DNA of 64,000 nt from an uncultured virus (IMG/VR IMGVR_UViG_3300011646_000014) (IMGVR_UViG_3300011646_000014:1-64000), one strand, 5' to 3'; positions 28,166-40,400 are shown, counted from the first letter of the stretch. The notes: a model not told the origin generated them from the sequence alone. Numbers and translations: made by a program.

Positions 28166-31100
28166 TAGAATGCCCCTTTTCTGTACTGATCTGCATTTCC
28201 ATCAGGTCGAATATAATGTACTGCTGGTTTTATATTAGGCACTCCATAGTTCGATGATACAAACCCTACAGCTTTCAATTGAACAGGAACACTAGGTTTC
28301 GGTACCAATTTAACAGTAAGTTTTTGATTAAACCCACCCATAGCAAAACTATCATCATAAGAATTGAATCCAGTGACTCTTAACTCTCTTACTCTTAATG
28401 AAATGCTTTGTTTACCAAAAATCAGAGCTTCAAAACCAGCATAGTTACCTTTAATTAATTCTCCGATACGCAATGATTGCCACATATAAGGTGTATCGGG
28501 ATAACGAGAATATCCTAATGCTTGTGAATCAAACGCAACTGGACGAATAAGTCGGTTTCTAAAATCGATTACAGGTTTGTTTATTGTTTTGCTATCCATC
28601 CCGATAGGACGAATATATTGTTTAGTATTTCCATCAAATGGGAATTTAACGGCTGGATTGCCAAATAATTCAGTGAAAGGACTTTCAAAAACTTTTAGTT
28701 CTAAGTTATATGGTCCAAACACATGAACACCATGACGTTGTGCTAAAAATCCTTTCGGTTGGATAAAATGACGTTTTAATGCAATATTCACAGCACCAAA
28801 GGAAGTCATATATCTATTGCCATAACTATCGTTACGATCAACATATATTTTCCGATGCTTATTCTCTACGGTTGTTTCTCCAAAGACTTCCATGCTGTAC
28901 ACATAATGCAAATTTCTAGGCTCATGGTTTTCTATGGCTTGTTGTGGTGCTTCAGCTACAGCATAAATTGTCCATGGTGATAATCTAGGTTTGCCAACAA
29001 CAGAATTACTTTTAATTGATTCAGGAAAAATCACACGTTTGGATAAGCTAACTGTTGGTTCAGAAACCGTGAGTTCCTGTAGACCTGGTCGAACTAAAAT
29101 ACCATTTGACTGTGCGAACAATCGCCCAAACATGGTGCCAACAAAACTTTCAGTAAAAATAACATTACTTTTCAATGAAGGATTTGAGACCTGTGGATCA
29201 GGTGGCTTGATACCATCACCCTTATCTGGATCAAATTCATCATAAGAATTCAGTTGGCCATTTAAATAAATATACTGTTTTGAATATGGTGGTGCTCCAG
29301 TTTTAGTTACAACATGTATGCCTGAGCCATATTGTGTAAAACCTGTGACACTGAAAGAACGGTCTCTAAAAGCTATATCCGTTTTACCAAATAAGGATGC
29401 AACATAACCATCTATGTTATATCGCTCCCATTGCAGCCTAAATTTTGCTACACCAAATTCACTTGAATCTCGTCCACGCTGTTTTAATTCAGGGGTTAAA
29501 TTCCATATATTTGTTTCTAATCCAAAAATATCCTTATGAGTCCATCTTGGTGTGATTATGTTTCGATGAATGACTAATTCAGGTACACCATAGCTCGACA
29601 TATCAACATCAAGAGGATCAATATAATTCGTATGTAGCTCAATTTTTGGTAACGGTAAATAAATTGGGCCAATCGTGTAACGGTGTTCAAATGAAAGATG
29701 CCTGATTTTAAATGACACCATTCCTTTACCAAACTGTGATGACTCAAATCCTCCAATATATGGGTAATATCGTCTTGTGTTTTCCAGTTTAGACTTTCCA
29801 AAAGTCGAATGATTGCTACCAGATGGTTTTATGACACTTGCATTAATCCATACCACCGCCCATTTTGAAAATACAGGTGCATCAATTGATTGCGACTTAA
29901 TTTTTCTAATTCGATCACTAATCATTGGTTTAGAAGGCTCAATAGGTACGATACCTATTGGTAGAATCTGTGTTGCCTTGTTATCAATTTTGGTATACCC
30001 ATATCGAGTATGGGTATTGCCACTGGTATGCATTATCCTATTTTTATTTTCAATCAGTAACCAGCCACCTTGTTTTGGTGGTACAAGCCCACTGTCAGCA
30101 ATAAAATATTGATTAACATGTTGACGCTTATTCCAAATCAATAAACGACCTATTGCATCACCTGATAGTCCAACCATTGCCCCAAAAGAAGTAGGTTTTA
30201 AGAATCTTTTTGATAATTCAATGTTCTGAATACCAAATAAAGTCGCAGAATGTGCATTGATTTGATAAACCGTCTTAGATTCAGGAATGATTCGTGAACC
30301 AAATTTACTTGCATCAAAACCATCAATCCATATTTTTTGATGTCGTCCTACCTGATGATTAGATGCATAGTTTGCTTTTTGAATTGAAGGTACATCTATA
30401 TGTCTTAATTTATATGATACCCATGCATAAGATGAATATTCAGATGAAACAAAACTATTGATATTTAAAGTTCGATTGCTATGTTCAAGTTTTGGTAACC
30501 CAGATGATAGCGATTCAAAGCCGACAAATTTTAACGTTCTATATCTAAACCATATTGTAGGTTGACCAGATTTAAAACTTGATGAACTTTCTTGATAAAG
30601 ATAACGTACCGCATCACTGATAGTAGGTTTTGGTATTTCAGGTGCATCGATACCTATTGGTGCAAATGAAGGTGTTTTTGTAAATAATGCATTACCAAAA
30701 CGATTGAGACTAAACCCAGACACCATCAATTTACGAATTGCATAAGCAATGTATTGTTGCCCAAACAACATGTGATCCACTGATAGTGGTGTAAATGATG
30801 GTGTCTTATTCCATATTCTTTGCTCACCAAATAGTGAATGTTTACTACCTGATAGAACTAACTCTCTACGATTACTAAAAATATTTGACCAGTTACCAGC
30901 TTCATACGCATTAAAGCCAATGCTGTTAATGAATCTACGAGCATTTCGTACACGAATATCACCAAATACACCACCAGCAATAACTGTGTTTACACCAGTA
31001 ACTCCAATTTTTTGTGTTGGATCAAATACTTTGCCATAGCCTGAAATAAAAGATTCAAAGCCCAAAGCATTGTATAGACGTGGGCTACGTGAAACCCAAG

Positions 31101-31785
31101 GTGTTCCATAAGTCGATGCTTCAAAACCCTTGGGACGTGGTGGAAATTGAACATTTCCCATACCAATGGCGGTGCCAAAAATACCATGAGGAAATACAGT
31201 ACGTGGCGATACTGTTAAAGCCCCGATTCGGGTAAACAATTCACCCAAAGTTTTGATAGTTTGGTTGGCTGTGGTGTTGATAACCACTGGGCTTGGAACA
31301 ACCGACTGAGCAATTCCGTTTAAATTAACAAACTTCACCCCACCCCACAGGAATGGCTTATCAAATGAAGTGCTGTAAAAACCGTTTAAATTAAGTATTT
31401 GTTTTAAGTTATAAATTTTTGACGACGGAAAAGCAGTAGCCACAAAACCTGCAGGTTTTATATTTTGATTTTTATTTTTTAAAACTACATTATTACTAAC
31501 ACTTGAAGCATTAAATCCAATAGAAACTATGAATCTAGATTTTAATAATTTTGGATTACCATAAGAAGTAGAAACAAAGCCCTGCAGATAGATACTTGAT
31601 TTTTCAGCAACAAATTTTACATTACCAAAAAGTGATGAATCAAATCCAGTTGAGGTTACATATTGGGTTTTACTGGAATCTTCACCAAAATTTAATACAA
31701 CATTGTTTGATTCAGGCGGTGTGTAACTCCCCCCTGAAAAATTTAATACGATATTATTTGATTCAGGCGGTGTATAGCTTGACAC
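28165..31785 (-). CDS. Large repetitive beta-rich tail protein (1206 aa, GTG start)
   Basis: Many GF.SS.FG.P repeats; duplicated N-terminal SYTPPESNN.VLNF; GAGGG RBS. Confidence 0.65.
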   Translation of the reverse strand: MSSYTPPESNNIVLNFSGGSYTPPESNNVVLNFGEDSSKTQYVTSTGFDSSLFGNVKFVAEKSSIYLQGFVSTSYGNPKLLKSRFIVSIGFNASSVSNNVVLKNKNQNIKPAGFVATAFPSSKIYNLKQILNLNGFYSTSFDKPFLWGGVKFVNLNGIAQSVVPSPVVINTTANQTIKTLGELFTRIGALTVSPRTVFPHGIFGTAIGMGNVQFPPRPKGFEASTYGTPWVSRSPRLYNALGFESFISGYGKVFDPTQKIGVTGVNTVIAGGVFGDIRVRNARRFINSIGFNAYEAGNWSNIFSNRRELVLSGSKHSLFGEQRIWNKTPSFTPLSVDHMLFGQQYIAYAIRKLMVSGFSLNRFGNALFTKTPSFAPIGIDAPEIPKPTISDAVRYLYQESSSSFKSGQPTIWFRYRTLKFVGFESLSSGLPKLEHSNRTLNINSFVSSEYSSYAWVSYKLRHIDVPSIQKANYASNHQVGRHQKIWIDGFDASKFGSRIIPESKTVYQINAHSATLFGIQNIELSKRFLKPTSFGAMVGLSGDAIGRLLIWNKRQHVNQYFIADSGLVPPKQGGWLLIENKNRIMHTSGNTHTRYGYTKIDNKATQILPIGIVPIEPSKPMISDRIRKIKSQSIDAPVFSKWAVVWINASVIKPSGSNHSTFGKSKLENTRRYYPYIGGFESSQFGKGMVSFKIRHLSFEHRYTIGPIYLPLPKIELHTNYIDPLDVDMSSYGVPELVIHRNIITPRWTHKDIFGLETNIWNLTPELKQRGRDSSEFGVAKFRLQWERYNIDGYVASLFGKTDIAFRDRSFSVTGFTQYGSGIHVVTKTGAPPYSKQYIYLNGQLNSYDEFDPDKGDGIKPPDPQVSNPSLKSNVIFTESFVGTMFGRLFAQSNGILVRPGLQELTVSEPTVSLSKRVIFPESIKSNSVVGKPRLSPWTIYAVAEAPQQAIENHEPRNLHYVYSMEVFGETTVENKHRKIYVDRNDSYGNRYMTSFGAVNIALKRHFIQPKGFLAQRHGVHVFGPYNLELKVFESPFTELFGNPAVKFPFDGNTKQYIRPIGMDSKTINKPVIDFRNRLIRPVAFDSQALGYSRYPDTPYMWQSLRIGELIKGNYAGFEALIFGKQSISLRVRELRVTGFNSYDDSFAMGGFNQKLTVKLVPKPSVPVQLKAVGFVSSNYGVPNIKPAVHYIRPDGNADQYRKGAF

Positions 31786-31815
31786 ACAAACCCCTCACTT
31801 AAAGTAAAGATACAA

Positions 31816-32079
31816 TCATTTCGGTACAACATTATCTTGAATGACGGCATTGAATTTTTTGTTTGGGTCGATTGACACCATGGTGTATGCAACATCATGC
31901 GGCAAATAAATCTTATATTCACCGTTTTCATTGCTTTGTGTGGTTTTTATTAGCGCCCCATTCAATCGACTATAGACCCTGACTGGCCGAGATACTGGTT
32001 TACCCAATTCAAGTGTATGACCACTTATTAAAGCTGATTTAAGTGTTGCCAATAAAAACCCGGATACTTTTATGGACAT
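31816..32079 (-). CDS. Small tail-fibre-associated protein (likely start MSIKV)
   Basis: RPVRVYSRLNG...SNENGEY...FNAVIQD beta-sandwich-type motif. Confidence 0.6.
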   Translation of the reverse strand: MSIKVSGFLLATLKSALISGHTLELGKPVSRPVRVYSRLNGALIKTTQSNENGEYKIYLPHDVAYTMVSIDPNKKFNAVIQDNVVPK

Positions 32080-33332
32080 TATCGTGACTCCAAGCATAAG
32101 CCAAACCAGTGCTGTCCACGGTCCGCATAGAATCTCACAATTGTTTTCCCTTCTTCTGTTATCACAGTTTCATTACTTTTTTTTGTGGGTTTTCTTAAAA
32201 ATGGCAGCACCCCTCTGAAGTTGTTTGAGCTATCGACAATTAACTCTTGTAAAAAAATATGCTGATTTGATGATTCTGCGCCCCAAATCTGCCCCCAATT
32301 ACTGTCTCCTTGAAAAACAGGTATATAGTAACGACCCAAAACAACAGGATTGTGGATGCCATGCGTATCAAACCACATCAAACCACGCTGATTGAAGGAG
32401 TTGTCTGACAAGTAGTACTCATCATTAAGTGTTTGAGCATACCCCTGCCTGCCTCCACCATAAGTTGCTATAGATTGTCGTAAAGCAGATGTATTAGCCC
32501 CATTGGCCAAAAGACATAGATTTTTACCCTGATAAGTTGGATCAAAAAATTCAACACAACCGAATAACGGGCTGCACATATTTTCTGAGATATTTAAAAT
32601 AAAACTACTCTTATCCCCAACCAAGCTATAGCCACGATTTCCATCGTCTGGACTGTCAGCGTCAGTCCGTTGATCCCATGAATTCCAGTACGCGGGGTTA
32701 GCATAATACCATTTAGCCCATCCATGATTCGTACCATCCCATCCCCAATTGGCATTTGGTTTTTTTGGATCAAAAGGCATTTGCGTACCCGTGATCGTAT
32801 CGATATCACTCATACTCGAGACAACACCAATCTTTGCAAATTTTGCCCCCGTTGCAGCCGCACCACTTACACAAAAATCATGAACAAGTAAGATGAGTCT
32901 AAGTGATTCTGGGCTTTTAGATCGATATGCCCTTTTGGGCTTCTTGCTTCCCGCGGGTGTACGGAAAACAATCTCAAAATCAAGCGGTGCGGTAGAGCAT
33001 GAAGCAGCACCATTGATTGCGATAGGGTTTGTCGCCGCACATTCAACTACTACAGAATCCGTATTCGCTGATAAGACCTTATAATCCCCATCCCATCCGT
33101 TTGTTGAGCCTGCAATTCTCACCACTTGTCGATCAATAAAGCCATGACCAGAACCCAAGTTGATTGTTGCGGTAATAGCATCTGAACTAGATTTCACAAC
33201 AGAGATGATGGGAACAAAATTAAAACCTTCTACCAAAACCTTATCAAGTAAATTAATCATGCTTCCCCAGTTATTGCTTAATTGGGGGATATTTTTCATA
33301 TCATTTTGAAAGTGCTTAACTAAACCAGACAT
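32079..33332 (-). CDS. Putative tail fibre/receptor-binding protein (417 aa)
   Basis: PQLSNNWGSMINLLDKVLVEGF N-terminus typical of gammaproteobacterial phage fibres; follows the tail-tip gene. Confidence 0.6.
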   Translation of the reverse strand: MSGLVKHFQNDMKNIPQLSNNWGSMINLLDKVLVEGFNFVPIISVVKSSSDAITATINLGSGHGFIDRQVVRIAGSTNGWDGDYKVLSANTDSVVVECAATNPIAINGAASCSTAPLDFEIVFRTPAGSKKPKRAYRSKSPESLRLILLVHDFCVSGAAATGAKFAKIGVVSSMSDIDTITGTQMPFDPKKPNANWGWDGTNHGWAKWYYANPAYWNSWDQRTDADSPDDGNRGYSLVGDKSSFILNISENMCSPLFGCVEFFDPTYQGKNLCLLANGANTSALRQSIATYGGGRQGYAQTLNDEYYLSDNSFNQRGLMWFDTHGIHNPVVLGRYYIPVFQGDSNWGQIWGAESSNQHIFLQELIVDSSNNFRGVLPFLRKPTKKSNETVITEEGKTIVRFYADRGQHWFGLCLESR

Positions 33333-33346
33333 ATTTTTCTGCTCAC

Positions 33347-33372
33347 AAAAAAAAGACCGCTTTCGCAGTCTT
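33347..33372 (-). terminator. Intrinsic terminator between tail-tip and fibre genes
   Basis: AAGACTGC-GAAA-GCGGTCTT followed by a T tract on the minus strand. Confidence 0.65.
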
Positions 33373-33380
33373 GGTTGATC

Positions 33381-36300
33381 TTAAATTGCTCGGTCAATAT
33401 CTCCGCGAAGCATGATTTGAAATTGATCTGATAAAACGGTTGGTTCAGATTGCTTCACACAGCGAATACACCAAATTGGAAACATGCATGCAATGGTATT
33501 GAATCGAAGTACATTGCCACTGGCCCAACCGCTTCCCCAACCCTCTTTTTTGATCGTGAAATACGGCAGACCTGTAGTTGGGTTGATCGGCGCAAAGTCT
33601 GTATTAATAGCGCCTGTAGCAATTTGACCTGATACTTCACCAATGCAGCGAAATGTTGTTGTATCAGTAAAGACGATGGCCCATCGTTCTTGAATCGCCC
33701 CTTTGTTAGTGATCTTAATTGGATACAAGGCATCGTTATAGTTAGCAGAGATAGCCCCACCGCTTGGCACGTCATCCCAGATATTATTCCAAGTACCCTG
33801 TACAAATTTGGACGTATAACGGCTTTGCATATCACCAATAACCAATGCAGATCCAACAACTGAGGTTTCGGCATCGTAATTGTGCGTTACGGGTTTAGTG
33901 AAAGTAATTCGCCCATCAATTTGAACATCATTGATCAACCCCATATCTTGATAGCGATATTTTGCAATCAGTGGAGTGACAAGTGAACCTATCGCAAAAT
34001 CACCACCCAAAGTTACTTTTCCATAATCATAGTCAACGACATACTGATCATATGGCACTTTGATACCGTTCTGATCTTCTAGTTCGCAATATGAGATACG
34101 CACATCATCAAGTTGATGAATCGAGCCCGCAACCGCACTATTAAGCGTTTGTGATTTGCTGCTTGAGATAATGCCGATGTCGCCGACTCGAAAAATCGGT
34201 ACACGACCATCAAGCGGCAAACGTGTCGCAGACAAGCCTAAGATTTCAGCATCAAGTGGGATATAGCTAAAACCCACGGCGTTATAACGAATGTCATCAG
34301 CAGAATACCAATACGGCATATTTACGATGTATGTACCCGAACCATCAGTATTCAACGTATAGAAATCTTCATTGAGCCAAGGCCGCAAAGCTTTCATTGC
34401 ATTCAGTTCAGAAATAGTGACATTCTGATTGATTGTATAAAAACTTAATCGAACCACGCCTGTTTGATAGTCCACTGTGCCTTTGACACGTTCATGATTG
34501 ATATTTCCAGACTCGTCAGCAGTGACATTAATCGTAACTGGCGTACCCACAAGCAATTGAAATGAAAGCGGTCGCACTGGCGCAATTGGAATTTTAAACA
34601 CCGCACTGGCTACAGGCATATTGTCAGCGACTTGAATAATTGATTGCCAAGCAATCGTATTATTACCCGTGTCACTAAAAGTTGATAAATCTAATCGCCC
34701 AGAACTTGGGTTGTAATTTCCAACCGTAGTACCTGTGCCAGTATTTGAATTAAAACCAGTGTAAATGCTTGTACCAGAAAGATAGTAATTCTTGCCTGCG
34801 ATTTGAAAAAACACACTTTCTGGCGCTACAACCATCCCAGCATTTTTGACTACATCGATATAAAAACCTGTGCTTCGCACAGGTTGTTCGCTCGTTGAAA
34901 TCGAGGTCGCCTCTTTACCCAGTGTACATTGTACTGATTGTGCTGCATCAGTAATTGTAAACGGCATGGAAACACGCTCAACACTCGTGGTTTGGATGTT
35001 GTAATAACCACCACTGGTTTTGACAACGCGCTGATATGCATCACGAACAGCGTAAGCGGTAAACACAACTTCACCTGTCGTGAAATTAATTGAACCCACT
35101 TTGCGAACTTGTTTGTTTTCAATCATTAGGTAAATATCGCTACCGTACGACTGAAAATTGAAAACATTGTTGGTAAGGATCGCTTCGCTTGTGCTGTAAC
35201 TATATTCTAGCCCTGCTTTGGTCGATGACATCACAAGTGTAAATTTCAAGGTATTCACACCAGAATTAGCACCAATCCCAAAGCCGTAGTGCTTAAAGCT
35301 TTCTCCGTTGATTGTTTCTGTTTCGCCCAAATCACTTAAAGTGTATGGCCCTGTTTGACTATTTCCACCTGTGAATTGGTTGTATGTAACGGTTAATGCG
35401 TTACTTAATGGAAATAAGACACCTGGCTTAAATGTGATTTTATTGCCGTTTACTGTACCTGAAGCATCACCAGAGATTGAACCATCAGTCGCTACAGTTG
35501 CAGATTTATCGACATTATCAGCTTTCCATGTGATGGTTGCAGGCTGCGTCAAATCCAATGTTTTAGACAGTGTGTAATCAATCGCAAGTCGAGTGGGTTG
35601 TTTTGAGGTAATGTCTTCAGATGCAACACTATCAGCCCAATACCAAACAATTGCAGACCCAACATCTGGCAAGGCTGAGAAAGTTACCAGTACTGTACCA
35701 GTCACATAATCAACTGTACCTGTCGCAATTCCAGTCACAGCACCCGAAATCACGCCCGAACCATTGTCAGTCACTGTGTAAGTTTTACCTTGAGCTGTAA
35801 AATTCAGAACAAAGCTTCCACGTGCAGGAACAGGTAAAATTGTGCGAACAAAGTTCAAGCTTTGGCTGTTTTGAGTGACTTCAACTGAGTCACTATTTGA
35901 AACACGGTCACGTTTTGCAATGGGGGTAAAAGTAACATTTATCGTTTTGCTGCCAGATCCTGAACCTGCGCCCCATCGAATCAAACCAGTATCATAGTTG
36001 ATGGTACCCACAGAGTTGCCAGAAACTGTTTTTAGTTCACCTGCGTTATCTGTCACTTGATTGTTATCAAGCGTAAAGCTCACAGAACTTGGCAAAATTG
36101 ATGAGCCGATATATGTGCTGATGTTCGCCCCAACTGTCGTTGTAATCTGTCGCGTGATTGTTCCAGATGCACCGATCATGGCAGTTGCGGTACCCGTGAT
36201 ACTCAAATCGAGTAGCGGCGTTTCAACCTGTGATGCTGGTACCAACTGGGTAAAAATGCTTTTGGCTTGGATTGTTGTACTTGCAACAGCAACATTATTG

Positions 36301-37010
36301 CGAATACCAACACTTGCATAATATTCACCAGTGTCAGCAACCAATGTTTCACGTATAATTGATGTTGATACCGATCCGTTGTACCACTGACGCGCTGTGA
36401 GTCCAACAAAATCAGACTTCAAAGCATCATTTAGGCTATAAGTGGCAATCTTATATTCAACGTCTTTGCCGTCAATAACCATAATTGCAATACGTGTTTC
36501 AACTTTCGTAATGCGTAGATATTGTTCGATTTGATTGGCTTTACCTTCATTTGAAATCAAAACGAGCGTGTCGCCTACCGCGCTTTCAGTTTCTTTGGGA
36601 AACATCACCACTTGCAAAAGCTTCATGCCTTGCCAGTGAGTATCCAGTGGCGTTCCAGTGGCCACACCGCCTTTCGCAAGATAGTTTTCTAGTCGATTCT
36701 GCGCTGCATCACGTGTATCAGTATGACTGCCTGTGCTGAAAAGTAATGCTGACACATTCGGATCTACAGGATTTTCAGAGATAAACACCGTCGCACCCAT
36801 AAGCGCATCTGTATCCGCACTGGTGACACCAGGGAAAACCTTACGCATGGATACATCGCCCATGGTGCGGTCAAGCTCAGATACATCGTTGAATAGGTTG
36901 TTAGAAATACCATCTTCAACCACTTGACCTGAATATTTACCACCACCATCAGATGTGTCAGTCAATCGTTCAGACTTATAAATAACAAGGTTATTGGTTT
37001 CAATCGTCAT
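33381..37010 (-). CDS. Tail tip/baseplate hub protein (1209 aa)
   Basis: KSERLTD..DGGG...NNLFNDVSELDRT.GDVSMRK N-terminus and repeated GTVDY.TG; follows TMP and Dit. Confidence 0.75.
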   Translation of the reverse strand: MTIETNNLVIYKSERLTDTSDGGGKYSGQVVEDGISNNLFNDVSELDRTMGDVSMRKVFPGVTSADTDALMGATVFISENPVDPNVSALLFSTGSHTDTRDAAQNRLENYLAKGGVATGTPLDTHWQGMKLLQVVMFPKETESAVGDTLVLISNEGKANQIEQYLRITKVETRIAIMVIDGKDVEYKIATYSLNDALKSDFVGLTARQWYNGSVSTSIIRETLVADTGEYYASVGIRNNVAVASTTIQAKSIFTQLVPASQVETPLLDLSITGTATAMIGASGTITRQITTTVGANISTYIGSSILPSSVSFTLDNNQVTDNAGELKTVSGNSVGTINYDTGLIRWGAGSGSGSKTINVTFTPIAKRDRVSNSDSVEVTQNSQSLNFVRTILPVPARGSFVLNFTAQGKTYTVTDNGSGVISGAVTGIATGTVDYVTGTVLVTFSALPDVGSAIVWYWADSVASEDITSKQPTRLAIDYTLSKTLDLTQPATITWKADNVDKSATVATDGSISGDASGTVNGNKITFKPGVLFPLSNALTVTYNQFTGGNSQTGPYTLSDLGETETINGESFKHYGFGIGANSGVNTLKFTLVMSSTKAGLEYSYSTSEAILTNNVFNFQSYGSDIYLMIENKQVRKVGSINFTTGEVVFTAYAVRDAYQRVVKTSGGYYNIQTTSVERVSMPFTITDAAQSVQCTLGKEATSISTSEQPVRSTGFYIDVVKNAGMVVAPESVFFQIAGKNYYLSGTSIYTGFNSNTGTGTTVGNYNPSSGRLDLSTFSDTGNNTIAWQSIIQVADNMPVASAVFKIPIAPVRPLSFQLLVGTPVTINVTADESGNINHERVKGTVDYQTGVVRLSFYTINQNVTISELNAMKALRPWLNEDFYTLNTDGSGTYIVNMPYWYSADDIRYNAVGFSYIPLDAEILGLSATRLPLDGRVPIFRVGDIGIISSSKSQTLNSAVAGSIHQLDDVRISYCELEDQNGIKVPYDQYVVDYDYGKVTLGGDFAIGSLVTPLIAKYRYQDMGLINDVQIDGRITFTKPVTHNYDAETSVVGSALVIGDMQSRYTSKFVQGTWNNIWDDVPSGGAISANYNDALYPIKITNKGAIQERWAIVFTDTTTFRCIGEVSGQIATGAINTDFAPINPTTGLPYFTIKKEGWGSGWASGNVLRFNTIACMFPIWCIRCVKQSEPTVLSDQFQIMLRGDIDRAI

Positions 37011-37416
37011 CGTTGACCTCTGTAAATCTTAAAGTGACGTTGTAGTAATCTTCGTCAGAAATGGTTGGAATATCTTTAACAGGCTTGGCTTCAATCGCAT
37101 TTTCACTATGATTAAAAATCACATTAAATTGTCGATAGTCATGCGGATACTCAAGTTGAAGTGTGAATTGCTCACTCTGCAATACAGACCATGTTTTTAA
37201 CTTGCTCACGACATGACGTTTAAGCCATGCCATGTTTTGATCTGCTATCAGAGTGATTGGTCGGCCTGAGAGCTTCTTTCCTTCTTGGACAATCAAAGCA
37301 CCATTGACGGCGTAGTCTTGTGACTGCTCTATCGCTTTCCATTCAAATTCATCAGACCATAAAAAACCGTCATCTAATGTGACGGTTTCATTGGTTAATT
37401 TTCGGATTAGTTTCAT
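37000..37416 (-). CDS. Distal tail (Dit-like) protein
   Basis: WSDEFEW...GALIVQ...GRPITL; directly after the TMP gene. Confidence 0.7.
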   Translation of the reverse strand: MKLIRKLTNETVTLDDGFLWSDEFEWKAIEQSQDYAVNGALIVQEGKKLSGRPITLIADQNMAWLKRHVVSKLKTWSVLQSEQFTLQLEYPHDYRQFNVIFNHSENAIEAKPVKDIPTISDEDYYNVTLRFTEVNDDD

Positions 37417-37419
37417 GTT

Positions 37420-40400
37420 TTACATGCCCTTTTTAAGCATTTCCATTTCACGAAGCATTTTTTCAACGGATGATGCATTATCTTCAGAAGTGTAAACCTC
37501 AGCCGTCTGGCCATTCATATTAAATTCCAGTTTTACTGTTTTACTAGTTGGCTGCTCGATGTTGGTTGTAGGTGTGGAAACATCAACATTCGGTGCAAGC
37601 TTATTCACATCAACCGATTTGTTTTTGACACTTGCGGTTAATGTGTCAGTCATTGCTTTGGCAAGCAAAGCCTCAATTTTTTGTGTACCAAAGATTGAAG
37701 TCTGACCTTTGTTGATTAAGTCCTCATATGCTTTTGCATAATAATCACCGTAAACCCCCCCGCTTTGTCGCGCCTCCATAGCTTTTGACTTATCTACCGA
37801 TGTTGCTTGTGCAAAAATGGATTTAGCGAGTTTGGCCGCCTCAGCTTCGTCATACCCCATGCTTGTCAGTTTGGATTGAACATCTGACAAGTTATACGTA
37901 GTGAACTCTTTGCCAATGCGCTGAGTTTTATTTTCAGCATCGGCTTTTGACTTCGCTGCCATTGCGTCATTCCATGCGGTAATCGTGTCTTTGGCCTCCT
38001 CGCGTGCAACTTGACCCATTTCACGATAAGCATTTGTCACGTCGTTAGAAACTTTGTTGGCATGTTCATCAGCAGCGCGATTCATTTCATCGTAGGTTTG
38101 AACTGTTGCTTTGCCCGTATCATCTATAGTGACGTTTAAGCCAAGGGATGCTGCTTTTGCTTTGGCAGCAGCAATTGTAGCCTGATCACCCGATGCAACA
38201 GCAGCCTGCATAGTACGTTCATAAGCGGCCTTTAATTGATCAGCAGTCGCTTTTCCACTTGCTTGAATTGTTGAAAAGTCCGCTAATGCGGATTGCGCTG
38301 CCAATTGAAGCTGCTCTTTGGTTTTGATACCAAGACGCTCAAATGCTTGTTCAACTGGATCAATATCATCAGGCAGTTTTTGCATTGCTCGACTAATAGC
38401 AGCGGTACCTAGTTCAACTTGTTTTGTAGAAAAAACTCCCTGCTTTTCAAACTCAACCATCTTGGCTTTAGCTGCATCGATTTCAGCCTGACTTTGCGCT
38501 TTGGCTAGCCACTGCTCCCATGCTTGGTAGAGAACATCACCTGCCTGCTTACCTGTGATACCAGCCTGAGTTAATTTATTGCTTAGGTCATTTAGATTAT
38601 TGCCACCCTCAGTAAAGCTTTTTGAAACCTTGTTCAACGATGCATCTAAGTCAACACCAAATAGTTTTGCGGCAGCAGATGCTCTCGAATATGCATTCTC
38701 CGCAACCTGACCCGATCCAGTATTGATTTTGTCATATTCTGCTGCACGCAAGTTTCGAGCTTTAGTAAGTTCAGCCTCTCTTAGATCAATGGCGTTTAAT
38801 TTATCTTGTGCCGATTTAAGTTCGGTTAGATCGCCCGTTTGCTTTGCTCTGGCAATTTGTATCTCAAGGGCAGCGCGATCAACAGCAGCTTTCTTTTGAA
38901 ATTCCAGTAAGGTTTCATCTGCCTTTTGGACGTTCTCCTTGGCGACCTTTAAGGCTTCCTCTTTTTTTGCAGCTTTGTCGGCTGCTTGTTCTGCCGACAA
39001 CCCTGCTTGAACAGCGACTTTTCCAGAATTATCCAAGGTGACAATGTAACCTTTGGCAATTAAGTCAGCCTGCATGGTGCCATCCATGACACCGCCATTT
39101 GCTTTAATTGCAGCCTCAGCATAGGCCTGCACGGCGTCTAATTTGTCGGCTTCCAGTTTTTTTGCATTAGTCGCTTCAGTTTGCTTGGCTGCAAATATTT
39201 GCTCCATTGCAGCCTTTGTGGATGCAACAGAGTCGGCATTTCTCTCGCTTTCAGACTGTGAAGCCTCTTTAAGCCGTTGCATACCTTTGGACTGAAAGTC
39301 TTGAGCGCTTTTATCAGCCTCAGCGTAGTATTGTTTCGCTTTCTCCTTCATTAAGTCAGCGTTTGCAGCGAATTGCTTACTAACATCTCCCCAGGTAACA
39401 GCCGCCAATACTTTGTTTGCAGCACCTGCCATATCGAAAAATGCAGCAGTTGATAATTTTAGAGCAATATTCAAGGCTGTTAAGCCATCGGCAACAAAAC
39501 CAAAAGTTATCGATAACCCTTGACCGATTCGAGTTAGAAAGCTGACTTGTTCACCAGCTTCAGTAACACCGCCTGTAAACGAGGAAAATATTGATAGCGT
39601 TGCTGTTATTGAGGTTCCAATTTCATCGACAATGGTTTTACCGAGTTGGTATCCTGTGGCAACAAGCTCTTTTACAGCGTCATAAGCAGAAGAAATTGCA
39701 TCTTTAAATGCTGTAATAGTCGTTGAATCAATTCCACCTTCAACATCAGAAACAAAAGCCATCCAACCATCAGATATATCATCAAAGAATACTTTGATAA
39801 TTCCGAGATTATCAGCAATAACCATTAATGCTTGAGCGGCTGTTTCAGATGCACCACTGGACTGATTCATCTCACCAATAAGAATTTCCCATTGAGTTGA
39901 AATGCGTTGTAAGGCATTTCCAATGGTTGCTGGAAATTGATCATAGGTTTTTTGGATGCTTGCAGCTTGGCTTTGGATCGCTTTAATGACTCGCTCGGAA
40001 GTCAGTTCTCCATTTTCTGCCATTTTCCGCAATTCGCCAGTGGTAACACCTAAACCTTTGGCCATGGAACTTGATAAACCCGGTGCCTGCTCCATGATTG
40101 AGTTAAATTCATCACCACGCAAAACACCAGACTGTAATGCTTGTGATAACTGAGTAATAGCAGCTTCACTGGCTTGAGCCGAACCACCACCGATTTGAAT
40201 TGCTTGGTTAATGGTTTTGGTTAGATCAAGCGATTGTTGCTGAGTAAGCCCTATTTGCTTACCCACATCGTTAATCTTGGTGAATAATGTTCCTGTTGCC
40301 TCTAAACTTGAATTTGTAGCTAATGCAACTTGGTGAACGCCAGCCATGGCTTGTTGGAAATTACCACCATCTTTAGTGGCAATTTGAACGCGGGTAGAGA

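Noticed and set aside
28165..37010. Possible shufflon or DGR acting on tail fibres (the integrase resembles Rci-like recombinases)
   Set aside because: No inverted cassettes, repeated crossover sites, reverse transcriptase or TR/VR pair seen.
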